The notes under the pieces: generated by a model
What the model saw: only the letters and a program-made list of their open reading frames with translations
Database searches by the model: none
What the model was told of the DNA's origin: nothing
Source of the DNA: Eledone cirrhosa
Lineage: Eukaryota
Assembly: GCA_964016885.1 (NCBI GenBank)
Contig: OZ024749.1
Location: forward strand, 40,362,001-40,426,000
Reading direction: 5' to 3'
DNA length: 64,000 nucleotides
Part shown: positions 1 to 12,628 of the stretch, piece after piece
Numbering within the stretch: the stretch's first letter is position 1
Layout: every line of letters begins with the position of its first letter
Translations under genes and position numbers: made by a program

Positions 1-75
1 TCAACGTACTATATATATATATATATATATATCTCAACGTACTATATATATATATATATATATATCTATCTCAAC

Positions 76-116
<41 letters not shown>

Positions 117-124
117 ATCTCAAC

Positions 125-155
<31 letters not shown>

Positions 156-204
156 CTATCTCAACGTACTATATATATATATATATATATATATCTATCT
201 CAAC

Positions 205-239
<35 letters not shown>

Positions 240-247
240 ATCTCAAC

Positions 248-283
<36 letters not shown>

Positions 284-286
284 AAC

Positions 287-321
<35 letters not shown>

Positions 322-438
322 ATCTCAACGTACTATATATATATATATATATCTATCTCAACGTACTATATATATATATATATATATATCTATCTCAACG
401 TACTATATATATATATATATATATATATCTATCTCAAC

Positions 439-478
<40 letters not shown>

Positions 479-647
479 AACGTACTATATATATATATAT
501 ATATATCTATCTCAACGTACTATATATATATATATATATATCTATCTCAACGTACTATATATATATATATATATATCTATCTCAACGTACTATATATATA
601 TATATATATATCTATCTCAACGTACTTTATATATATATATATATATC
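1..647. repeat. Compound minisatellite: TCTATCTCAACGTAC spacer + variable (TA)n, ~17 units
   Basis: TCTCAACGTAC recurs every ~30-50 bp, separated by (TA)n of variable length. Confidence 0.95.
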
Positions 648-1077
648 ATATTTTACTCTGCACTTCCACTTCTCTCCCTAAATAAGTCGTGCTATATTCT
701 CTCATTCGGTTACTTCTTCGTGTGAGTGTATATATTATATTCGAGAGAATCGTTTCTAACTTTGTATTCACATTTGTGAAAAACAATTGTTTTTCAAGAC
801 TCAAGTATTATAGATTTAGTAAACCTTCACATTGTATTGTAAATCCATATCCCTCCGTAGACATATAAATATATAGACAGCTCTTCCCCACAAATGCCTG
901 TCTGGCTAGATGGTGCAGAATGGGGAAAGAGGAGTCTTTGTGATACTGGAAGGAAGAAATTGTGATCAATATACACTATAGGAGTCAGTTTTATTTGCTG
1001 GAACTACGAAGCCGTTACTCGCGGAAACTTATGAGTACACATCTTTATAGTGTCAGCCAAACATATTTTATGTGGTC

Positions 1078-1111
<34 letters not shown>

Positions 1112-3318
1112 CATTCACATTTCATAGGCCTGTGATTTGATATTATATTGTATGGAAATACGTGTCAGAATTACTAATTATTAATAAATTAGATATCTGA
1201 TCCGGGATTAAATGTTACGTTCTTTAAACGGTTTTCTCGCCTTCGGCTTTTCTTCCTTTCTCTCTCTCTTCTTGAAATAAATTAGTTACTTGATGATGGT
1301 CAAACTAGTCCAACGTGTAGTGAGAAACGCCCTTAACTCTGTTACGGTGTATGCCATTATCCTTTAAATCAAATCTGTTTTTCAATATTAAATATACCCA
1401 AATGGATCAAAGTAATTGAGACAGATCAACGGATCATTCTCTGGATTACAGCCCAGATTAAGTCCCCGTATTTAGAATTATTTCTTGTTGTTGAAAACCA
1501 ATGTCAATCTAGTCTTCTGTATAGAGAATTATTTCTGAGACCAATGTTAAAAATCCTGTCCAGAAATACAACATACAAGGTTTGGCTGAAAAAGTCAGTC
1601 TGACTATGGATGTGATGCTAGAGCTGTGAAACTTGCATGCATTAATTTCAACTCTGCTTAACTGCATTGTTTAAAAAATAAACTTCATTTGGTCATTCCA
1701 TAAGAGTATCTTGGTCAGCCTATGAACTTTTTAGTCAACCCTCATATCTCGTGAAATCTTGTAAATCTATAGATGTAATTCGTTTTTCTTTATGGTAATT
1801 GGTAGAGCATTGGACAAAATACCCTGGGAGTATTACGTTAAGTTCCCGTTTAACATCTTTGTTGAGCTCAAATTCCTTCCTCGTCGTTTTTGCCGTTTTT
1901 ACTCCCGAAGTTAACAAATATAAAGACTGTTTTGATGTAATTGACTGTACCCTAAATCGGTGGGGGGTTTTTTTTTTTTTCATGGAGTGGGTTTGTGAGG
2001 ACTGAAATAGGGGAGGAAGGCGGAAAAATTATATTTAATAAAGTTATGGTGGGGTGTTTCCACCCATAGTTCTGTCATCTTATATAGAACTCTATTTTGT
2101 CTTCTCGTTAATAAAAAGAGGGTGGAACAAAATGATCTTCATAATATTTTGGTAGTGTCTGGTATTTGAGAACTGTTGCTTTACACTGCGATGTTCTAGT
2201 ATGGTCGACCACAAACCAATGGTTGAAACCAATAAAAGAATGCTGGCTTTTTTTTTTCTTTTTTTTTAGGTTATCGCGGTTCTTAAGTTAATTTTTATCT
2301 TTATCAAACGTAACTCTTAAAATCACACACCATGTATTTGAATCACTTTGACTTTGCTCCAATTGCATACACGACCTGTTATAATATAAATAGACAACTA
2401 CAAGCGACCTATTATAAATAGCCAACAATAAGCTACTAACTCCTTTAATATTTGCTTTGGTGAAAGCTTTGCTCTTTGCTAACTGATGCAAGGCGACAGG
2501 CTAGAACGATTTTAGATGAGAATATTTGAAGTGACGAAACATTTTAAGAATGTCAACGGTTGCTTTCATTGGTTTATATGCCCACCCGACTAATGGAAAG
2601 ACTGTTTAACCCCTCCGTTGCTATATTTTTAATGAAATATACTGTATTTTAATTAAGAATCTTGAGTGATTTATTAACACTATTTCATTATCAAGATGGT
2701 ATTTGTAACATTAACAAAATGTTTTTTATATAAAATAGTTGAAAGATTTTAATTTAAATAGGAACCCTTTTAAAAGGGTTCTTTTGTTTCAAAGAACTAA
2801 ATTGGCTTTAGACGGTTACTATCTAGAGGATTTTTGTGACCTTCCATATTCTATTTTTACTATTTTAGAGACAAAGCAGTGCTTGATTCTTTGACGAAAT
2901 ATATTCTTCTGTGCTATATTTTACTGTCCTTGTCATCAGGGATGAGAGTTAAATTGATATATTTAGATATAAATTTTTGAAATTGGAGAACTTTGCTCAC
3001 ATGATGTCATTCATAAGCGATCAACAAGTACATTTTTCATTTTACATACACACGCGCATAAACATATACTGGGACAGAACTACCTACTGAAATATACAGT
3101 AAAATCAATATAAAGTTGAAATGAATTGTGGTAGACGCAATGTGATTTGAAAATCACAAGAGAATAGAACTGAGGTTATGGGGAAATTGTTAACTATCTC
3201 GTAAAAACAAGGACTGGGAGAAATATTATGTAGGGCCTGGAGTTGTGGAAAATATCCCTTGTGAAGGGTTGGGTTTGGGGCTGGATTGTCTTGACCTTTT
3301 AACTGGGTAGCTCTATCT

Positions 3319-3361
<43 letters not shown>

Positions 3362-3527
3362 CTGCACTCTGCAGAATGTACAGGGTGCATTTTATTGGAG
3401 CTTGTGGAAATATAGGAAGTGTTTCTGTGTGCGGCAGCTGCACTCTCAACTATGTGAACAGTACTCCAATATAGAGAAAGAATGAGTATTTATGAGAGTT
3501 TGTGTGAAAAATGTGTGTGTGTATATG

Positions 3528-3568
<41 letters not shown>

Positions 3569-3657
3569 GAGTAAGTTTTTGTATGTGACGGAACACATCC
3601 GTGGTTAAATATATTTACTATTTCTGATATTGGAATATTTTTTTCTGTATTTTTCAG

Positions 3658-3871
3658 TGGTTCTGGTGACTGGTGCGTCTGGGTTTGTTTCTCCTTATAT
3701 TATCAAACAACTACAGGAGAGCAACTATAAGGTGAGAGGAGTCGTGCCAAATGTGGACGACGAGAAGAAAAAAGAGGAGAAAGTGAAGGCTTTGCAAAAC
3801 TTATGTCCAGAAGCTGCTAATAAGCTCGAGTTGGTGGAGGTGGATAACAGCAAATCTGATGCTTGGGAAGA
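3658..3871 (+). CDS. SDR exon (Rossmann TGxxGxx motif)
   Basis: ttttcag|TG acceptor; VLVTGASGFVSPYIIKQL...DAWE; GA|gtaagt donor. Confidence 0.92.
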
Positions 3872-5929
3872 GTAAGTATTCCTGCTGGTTATTTGTGTTG
3901 TTATTGTTATAATAAAGAACGATGGATTGGCAGTATCGGTAGAGCGTCGGACATGCTTTACGTTCCGAGTTTAAATCCCGCCGAGTTCAACTTTGCTGTT
4001 CATCCTTCCGGGGTTCCGATAGAATAAAGTACCGCGTAGTTGCAAAGCGGACTTCTTAACCTCACAACTGTCGTTAAGGTGTAACGATAGGAAGTAATCA
4101 ATGCATTGTTAAATACTACCGAGGTCAACATTGCCTTTCGGGATTAATAAATAATCGAACCTGGTGTTGATGGATTGGGAAAATTGATAGCTGTGCCAAG
4201 CCTGATGTCTCGCTGTATCTGTTCTGGATCCGAGTATTCTACGTTCAAATCTCACCGTGTGTTCCTGAATCAATGGTGGCATGATAAACCCGTGCTAGTA
4301 AATCACTAGAAACCATCTGAGAAACGCTATCGGATGCCGATTAAACCTACATGGCGTGAACCTTAACAATAATATTGCTGTTCAGCTGGTAGGACTGGTA
4401 TCCCTATATCCCTATCATTAAAACACGGGGGGAACCATTTGCGAGACCAGCTAGACATGTATGGTGTAAACCGTAACAATTACTTACATTGTCTCTTTTT
4501 TTCCTTGTCTCGGGTATCCAAATCTTTATGTACAGCACACTGGATAATGTAGTCCTAGGTACAGTTTTTATGTCTGGAATGTAAAAGAAAGACGATGGTC
4601 ATGATTTATATATTTGTTCAATCGGGGCTGACTCGGGGTTACAAAACCTCCACATACGTTACACAATTCATGACATTCCCGACATTAGATTAGTTGTAAA
4701 TACGAATGCTAAATCTATTATTACATAAATCTCTTTGGGAAAGATATGAAAACCTCAGTACCTATTTTCCACACCTAGAATTTCGTGACCATATTTCTAA
4801 TGAAAGACACAGCCTATAATTTTCAAACTATTCTGAAAATAATCAAGAATTTGGAGTGATTTAGTAAAATGGCTGATTTATAAGTTGATATTTAGAACAA
4901 TTTAAAAAATGAATTTCATATAAAATTATGAGAATTTTGTAAATATAAACAAACTTTCAAACAAGCAGGTTTCGTGTTATTGTGGCTTTGATAGGTTTAA
5001 TACAATTTCGATATCAGTTGGCGCATATTACTATTGGATGTCTGTTCTGCCTCTAATTCTTTAACTAAAACTTAACTGCAGCAAAATCTACTTCCAAAAT
5101 AGTTGTTAGTTTGGAAAGACCTTAATTTCAAAATATATAAAGTCCTCAAATTTATCGGTATCGCATCACTGAAACATGGCTGATAATTACATGGGCACAA
5201 AATCAGAAGTATGGGGGGAAAGAGAAGTCGGTTATATTTACCCAGTACTTGACTGGTACTTTTTCTCTTTCAGTGCTTTCCTTTCAGATAAAGGACTATA
5301 GTCCGAAACAGATTTTCTTTACTTTTTAGCGTTAAACTAATGATTGTTATTGTAAAAACTAATGATTGTTATTGGTTTTCTTATTTTAATTAAATGGGTT
5401 TTAAATTTTATAAACAATTGTATTAAATATAGGAGTGGGTATGTTTCAACGTTTATGACTAGGTATGTATTAGGTTTAGTTTTGTAAACAACCTAGTTGT
5501 TGTTTCACGGGTTAAAGATGTATTTGTGTGTGTATAATCAGTTTTAGTAAACAACCCAGTCAGTAATGAAAGTACTGAATGTTTTGCAGACATAAGGTTG
5601 AAGGTTTCTACTTTGTCCTGACTTTTGTTCTTCAGCTTCAAAACAACGAACGTGAAACTACTTAAATTTAGATAGTTTAAGACGGATCAACTTGTTTTTG
5701 TAATGGACTGCTTTAGGTTTTGTTTTTTTTTAATTTTGTCCATTGTCCATGTGTATATTATATGTAATCTTAATATAAAAAAAAAAACTTTGAAAAATAT
5801 CCGTGGCACACAGAACACCTTAGTGGCTCGCCTGTTGTCTTTCTATGGTGTAAAAAGGTGTGACCTGATTGCTAAATAAGTCTTTATCATATTATTTGAT
5901 AAACTTTATGGCAGAAAGGGATTTTACGG

Positions 5930-5968
<39 letters not shown>

Positions 5969-7665
5969 TATTCAGAAGAAATAAATTACATTTTGCGAAA
6001 TTATTCATTATCAAATTAGGTCTGAGTAGTAAATGAAACTAGATTGCAGGCACAAGCTTGCATTTATCTAAGTATTTCTCCCACGACACATTGAGTTTAG
6101 TTGCTGGTGATTCATTGGAACATATACTATTGCTAGCAATCAGCTACTCTACTCAAATGTTTATGAAAAATAATGCAACAACTGTGGAGTTTAATATTAC
6201 ACACATTAGATATACATATTTATTATGAGGAGGAGCAGGTGCTGCACTTGTTCAAGAGAAAATTTTAACAGAAATAGAGAGAGAGAAGAGTGCTCTATCT
6301 CTTTCTCTCTCTCTCTCTCCCTGCTTTTATTAAAGATAACTTTTAGAAAAGTTGAGTGTCTGAAACAGATAAAAACCTGCAGGAATTCTGGATTTACCCA
6401 TAAAAATATTGATCTAAAGCTGTTTCTCAAGTGGTTCTGGGAAAATTTATGTGTATGCATGTATATGATGTGCGATAATTGATTACAAAACAATGGCGTG
6501 CTCCCGAGCAACATTTCCTGCATTCAATGTAACTACATATTCTTACAGTGGGCATATTTATTGGGTATATTTTCACCAATTGGTTTTATTTTTACTCTTA
6601 AACTCTTTGCTTTCTGTTATGAAAGCTATTAGAAATTAAGGTGAACGAAGAGAAATGATACCCACTTCCTATAACCATGGAGTTTCTAATTTACGGTTCT
6701 GTATATTTGTTTTACTTTCAGGCCAGTGAAAGGCTGCCAGTATGTTATTCATGTCATCAGTCCATTTCCCAACAAAGAGTCAAAAGATGACAATGAATTG
6801 GTACAACCCGCCGTTGATGAAACCTTAGCTGTTTTGAAGGCCTGTGTTGCTGCCAAGTCAGTCAAGAGGGTTGTTATGACCAGTTCTTCAGCTGCTATCA
6901 CATGTAAGTATGACACTCCTTATTTCACTATCAACTTTTTAAATAATCAATTAGATGGTTGCTTCTGATAGGACGCCCTAGAAGGCGTGTCTAAGGACTC
7001 TGCTGTCCCTACAACTTGCTCGGGAATAAGTGGGTGAATAATTGTTTCTACTTTAGGTAGAAGACCAGCAATTTGAAGGGGAAGGGAAAGTCGAAATAAT
7101 CATTTTTACGTCCAGGTTTTTGTTTGTTTTTTTTCTAGGGCGGTTGCCTTTCCTGGTGCACATCCTCAATTGTTTGGGATTTTTTTGTAACATGAGGTTT
7201 TTATAGCAGTTCTACATCAGGGTTTTAACATAGCTGCTCAACTCTACTTCATTTCTGATTGTTTTCACCCTCCTCAGCATTACAATTCCGGTCCTTATCA
7301 CCGCTCAAATGTTGTGATAAGGACATTGTTTCCAATATGTCACGCACACTATTTAACAATGCTAGCTCTCGCACGCACACGTGCTACACACACACACACA
7401 CACTATCAACGCTAGGCTGACATTCCAAACCAAACTAGAGAATACCAAGCAATATTAAAAGCAATGGGAAACTTGTTTTTTTTTTTTTTTTTTTGTTTTT
7501 TTTTTTTACACAATTGTTAACCAATCATGTCAACAGTTGCTACTGCGTATGTTTGTGCGTACGTGTGTGTGTGGGCCTGCGTGCTGTCCTGTCTTCTGAC
7601 ATGAAGTGAGGGTTTGTTGAGTGATGACATTCCAGGAAAAAGTTGTTTAATAGCTTCAATGACTG

Positions 7666-7735
<70 letters not shown>

Positions 7736-10700
7736 TATATACATACATGCGTTTCTAGCTTCCATATGGAAAATGTCTGATATGAACGTAAGTTATTTTG
7801 AGGATTGGTGTAGTGAGGTAAAATGATAAATTAAGGATGGACAAAAAAGAATTGCGATATATTTTTGGGGTTTTCGGACTCCACATGTTGCAGTAATAAA
7901 TTATGAATTTCTAACCCAAATCCGTGAGCATCTGCTAAACATTTCTAGAACTTTATATTATATATAAAGTGGTTGTTTCCTGAGCTTAATAACCATATAT
8001 GAAGAGTTTTAAAAACTTGGAGTTTCCTCTTAAGCGCTTCTATTTTCATACTGTTAAAGGAAGTAACTATTATACATGTGTTAGTCTTTTCTTTTAAACT
8101 TATTGAAGTAATCACTTGAGGAAATACTGGTGGTGGTGGGTGAGTGAGATTGTTCAGTTTCATCATTGGTACTTGAGAAGGAAAATAAAAACAAAAACTC
8201 TATTCACTCACATATTTTAGAATTTTAAGTGAAGCGTTTTGCATGGAATTTAAATTTGACATTTAAAATTTTGCAACGCAGCACTTAAGCTGCACCTGTA
8301 TTGATTTACTATAATACATGACATGGCATAGCAATAGTTCAGACAGTTACCCGAGATTATATAAAATTGAAGTAGGGCAATGGAACAGGGGGGAAATTAA
8401 ATCAGAACTGCTTCTCTGTTGATATAATAAAGCTAGCTGAATTGGTTTTGGTCTACCCACGGAGTTGATCTCGTTTTATCCCCGAGGCAACCTCTGATCA
8501 AAGGTTTTCCATCTGTGGCATCTTTATCCTTTTAAGGCGTGTGCCTCGATCTATATTCATTCTTGAGATAGAAAGGTGTGGTTTAAGAAATATTTAGCAT
8601 GTTTCTAGAAAATTGATCGACCACATGCTCTCCCTCGTCGGCCCTGATGTTATTAGGTGCGAATATTTAACACTCTAGATCTTTCAGTAGGTGTTTACTG
8701 TCAGTATTAAACTGGTGGTATGTTATTGTTCAATTGTATTTTTATTTGAGACACCTAAGCCTTCCATCTCTTTGTCTGAAATTTTTTATACATAAATGCA
8801 TTACATATCTATATTGCAGGCTATAGTGATATCGTGGTGTTCATTAAATGTTATCTATATGTTGTATTACAGGCCATGGTGATGCTGCTGGAGATTCAAA
8901 AGCTTTTACTGAAGAAGCCTGGTCTGATCCTAGCAAACTGGACCCTTATGGCAAATGTAAGACCCTTGCAGAAAAGGCTGGCTGGGAGTACATCAAGGAA
9001 CTGCCAGGTGAGTAGATTGGTCAATAGATTAGAAGAAGAAATATTAAAAATAGCCCTCCAGAGATCTTTGTAGAATAACTGCTAGTTTAAACTATTCAAT
9101 TTTGTTTACCTCTAAAAATATCGAATTTTTTTTAAGCAAGTTAACTTTGAGTACCTAGATAAATTACAGTGAGTGGATTCGCCAAGAATCACTTTTTTAG
9201 AGTGAATGAAAGAACTATTGGTAAAGGTTGTCAGTTTGTTGACTGGTATAGAGAAAAGTTGGTGTGGTGTTTTAAATGGTTATATTTTTTTAATTGGTTA
9301 GAAATAAATTTTTTTTTTATTTTTTTTTTTTTTTTATTTTTTTTTTTATTAGTGATAAATGTGAAGTAATCTGTTCGGGGTGGAGGCTATATTGATATTG
9401 TGTGTTCGAAAGCTCCTTTAGAAGTGATATCTAGTGGTACCTTATGAAGTATGAGATTAAATTGACCACCTGTCTATCTCAAAGTTTAATGCTCTCGAGG
9501 TAGCCTAGCATATTTTTCGTAAGCTAAATGTTTTCCATAATCAAACATGACTTGATAGTCTTGGAAGGAGCATTGCCCTTTTTAATTGATAATTAAAAAA
9601 ATGAAGTAGGATTGGTGGGTGAAAATATTAACTATTTTAATCAATGCATGTCTGTTTTAAAAGAATTTTATGAAAATAACTTGATTTAAAAAAATATAAA
9701 ACTAACCATCCATCTTTTTTATTTTAGATGAAGATAAAATAGAGCTTACTGTAATCAACCCTTCATATGTGATGGGTCCAGTACTGCCAGGAACAACCTG
9801 CTACAGTTCAGAGGTATGGTATTTCTCTAGACATCACTTATTGTTTCAGAGTAAGAATAGCTGTATTAATCTGAATCCAACCAAGTGCTGCTACTGTGGA
9901 AGGCGTATAGTTCTATGTACTGTTGTAACAAGTGTGGAATACAAGGTTCTTTTATAAACACACCAACGCATCTCTACTTGATGAGATTCTTACAATAATA
10001 CCTTGTTTAATCATAACTCACATTCTTAGTCAACACACTTCTGGTCCATATCAACACCTGTCATGAAACAAACTAATGCACATATACACACATGCAAAGA
10101 GCCATATCATGAAAAATGTTGGGGAAGCAAATAAAATGTTTGATACTTGAAGACTAGTAGCTTCCAACAGAGAAATAAAATAAAATCAGATTAGAAAAAA
10201 AAAACTATCATTATTGAATTTATTCGAAAATATTGTCTCTATTTAAATACTATGATAAAGAGTTTAGGAGTCTACAAAACAAACGGTAAGGGTTGGATAA
10301 TTATATACAGGGAATTATCATAAAATAGCTTTAATGTCTGCTCAATTGGGGGGTTGCTTTGAGGCTAAATTTATATGGCTTGCAATGGTGATTTTAATTG
10401 ACCAATAAAGTAAATATTCTTTTACATTGTTTTTCAGATTGTTCAAGTATTGTTGGAGAGAAGCAGTTTGGTGATTCCCAAGTTGAACTTTGCAATTGTT
10501 GATGTGAGAGATGTCGCGAGTGCTCATGTCAAAGCTATGACTTTGGAAGAAGCTGCAGGTGAGAGGAGTCTAAAGACTGAAAAATGTTTTCGCAACTATA
10601 TATCACTCAAGATAGCATGTATACATTTGCATGGGCTGTTAGAATTGGGAACCTGATCTCCCTCAAATGGTTTATGTATAGAGCTATTCGATTTCTTTGT

Positions 10701-12628
10701 TAGCCGATAGTATGTATGTGTTCCCTTAGATGTTTCCAACTGACAAATGTGACCAAACTATTGATGTCCCTGCTTCTAGATGACTTGTGTAATTGTAACA
10801 TTGAATCCCAACTTGTCTCGGGCTTCCCATTAGTGGTACAAAAACTTATAATCTGTGTACATATAGACAGAGGGACAGACACATAGTAGTTGTCTACTTG
10901 AATCGGGTATTAGCTCTTCTGTCGTGAGTCTTTATATTGCTACTGAGCCCAAACTTTAATCATGGAAGATGTAATGGGATACATAATCCATCCCTGGTAC
11001 TTAAGTGCTAAAGGATTCAATATTAAACATAAACATAAGCACAAATACCCTTAAAATGGATATTATAGACATCTATTAGAATTGTTAATGTACACCTTTT
11101 TTTTCATTGTCTCCCATATTTTATTACAGTAACCTAACATGTTTTATTCTTCTTCAGGAAAACGTTTCATTGTTCACGCCAATGAGATGTGGATGAAAGA
11201 TATTGCTCAAGTATTGGCCAAGGAATTTAAATCTCAAGGTAAATACCTTTTGAACTTTTAATATCCTGTAATGATTTAGTAGAAAATAGTTAGTGCTGTT
11301 TTGTACTTATGAACGTCTTAATGTGATTTCATGCAGTGCAAGACATAAAGTCAATTTTCTGAAGTAAAATTTCAATAAGGTTGTAAAGATTGTCATGTTT
11401 AGAAAAAAATATATATAGTGTAGTTAAATCATTTGAAGTGTATTATATTTTTTTGTTTGTTTTTGTAGGTTATAATGTCCCAACCATAAACTGTCCCAAC
11501 TTTGTATTGCAACTTCGAAGTCTTTATGATAAAGAAGTGAAGAAATACCTCCCACAAGTTGGAAAAATATTCAAGTTGGATAACACTAAGGTAAATATGA
11601 AATTTCTTTTACAAATATTAGCATATATATACCTGTATATAAGTTGCATCAGCAGATAACTGTCACCTCTATTTAACATACTGGGATATGGGACATCATA
11701 AATACTGTTATAAGAGTTGACTGAAACGATTGGTACTGGGAAGAGTGTAAAACATTGCTTCAAAAAGAACCCCATGATAAGAATAATTGAGCTTGTCATG
11801 AGGCCTGCAGGCCAACTCTTGCTTGAGCAAGGAAATGACTTTAAATGCTTGTGCTGTCTTTACTATGCAACACATATTTTGAATTGAGATTTTGTAGGCC
11901 CAGTAGAAAATGGTGACTTATACATGTATATATGATGTATGGCCTTCGTTGATTTGGGGTTTGTGGTATAAAACAAGACTCGACTGAGATATGTGGGTCA
12001 TAAGCAAAAATGAAAATATAATCAAAGCTGGGCTGCTATAAAAAGTTGATTACCAGTTTAGGTTTTTCCATTTGGAATTGGTTTAGTGTCAAGATTTTAA
12101 TTTTAATAAATATTACCGGGTTGTAGAAACATCTTATATGCTTTCAACGTCTAATTGTACTATTGTATTAATCGGTTAAAAATATTTTTAAATTTCGGAT
12201 TAACACTTTTTATTTTCATTTCATTTTAGATGAAGGAAACTCTTGGCATAACTCCAAAAGAATGTAAAGAAACCATCATTGATATGGCTTACAGTTTAAT
12301 AGAAGCTGGTGTCATCAAAAAGACCAAGAAGTACAAGGGCCAAAATGCTCAGAATGCTGCAGAGGAAAACGCTGATGCCAAAGAAGATGAAGAGAAGAAG
12401 GAAGGAGATAACAGCGATAAGCCAAAGGAAAATGGAGAGGTAAAGGAAGAAGACAAAGCAGATAAGGAGGAGACAAAGGCAGAAGAGAAGGCTTCAGAGG
12501 AGAAGGCTGAGGAGAAGAAAGACGATAAAATTGAAGAGGCTGAGAAGGATAAGAAAGAAGAAACAAAAGCAGAAAATGAAGAGAAAGCAGAAGAGAAAAA
12601 AACTGATGAGCCCGAACCAGAAAAATAA
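3658..12628 (+). CDS. Extended short-chain dehydrogenase/reductase (NAD(P)-dependent aldehyde reductase / dihydroflavonol reductase / cinnamoyl-CoA reductase-like), 8 coding exons visible, start exon not found
   Basis: Exons 3658-3871, 6722-6903, 8873-9007, 9728-9813, 10438-10558, 11158-11238, 11469-11590, 12230-12628 have GT-AG boundaries with consistent phases. Motifs: VLVTGASGFV (Rossmann), VIHVISPF, VKRVVMTSS, YGKCK (YxxxK), VINPSYVMGP, VDVRDVA..H. Confidence 0.93.
3922..4032 (+). mobile_element. tRNA-derived SINE (family 1), degenerate intronic copy
   Basis: GGATTGGCAGTATCGGTAGAG...GAGTTTAAATCCCGCCGAG...TTCATCCTTCCGGGG shared with many copies in the window. Confidence 0.75.
6722..6903 (+). 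CDS. SDR exon
   Basis: tttcag|G; PVKGCQYVIHVISPFP...VKRVVMTSSSAAIT; T|gtaagt. Confidence 0.92.
8873..9007 (+). CDS. SDR exon with catalytic YxxxK
   Basis: ttacag|GC; HGDAAGDSKAFTEEAWSDPSKLDPYGKCKTLAEKAGWEYIKELP; G|gtgagt. Confidence 0.92.
9728..9813 (+). CDS. SDR exon
   Basis: ttttag|AT; EDKIELTVINPSYVMGPVLPGTTCYSSE|gtatgg. Confidence 0.9.
10438..10558 (+). CDS. SDR exon
   Basis: tttcag|ATT; IVQVLLERSSLVIPKLNFAIVDVRDVASAHVKAMTLEEAA; G|gtgag. Confidence 0.92.
11158..11238 (+). CDS. SDR exon
   Basis: cttcag|GA; KRFIVHANEMWMKDIAQVLAKEFKSQ; G|gtaaat. Confidence 0.9.
11469..11590 (+). CDS. SDR exon
   Basis: ttgtag|GT; YNVPTINCPNFVLQLRSLYDKEVKKYLPQVGKIFKLDNTK|gtaaat. Confidence 0.9.
12230..12628 (+). 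CDS. SDR terminal exon with Glu/Lys-rich acidic tail
   Basis: ttttag|ATG; MKETLGITPKECKETIIDMAYSLIEAG then ~90 aa E/K/D/A-rich tail to TAA. Confidence 0.9.
   Translation: MKETLGITPKECKETIIDMAYSLIEAGVIKKTKKYKGQNAQNAAEENADAKEDEEKKEGDNSDKPKENGEVKEEDKADKEETKAEEKASEEKAEEKKDDKIEEAEKDKKEETKAENEEKAEEKKTDEPEPEK

Noticed and set aside
1-647. CRISPR-like repeat/spacer pattern
   Set aside because: Spacers are only (TA)n, context is eukaryotic, no cas genes.
1285-1315. TTGATGA-tggtc-AAACTAGTC hammerhead-like string
   Set aside because: Stem II absent and core G missing.
890-3450. Candidate first exon of the SDR gene
   Set aside because: No ATG-containing phase-1 exon could be supported; it may lie upstream of the window.
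12603-12625. CTGATGA...GAAA in the last SDR exon
   Set aside because: No stems II/III; explained by codons for TDEPEPEK.
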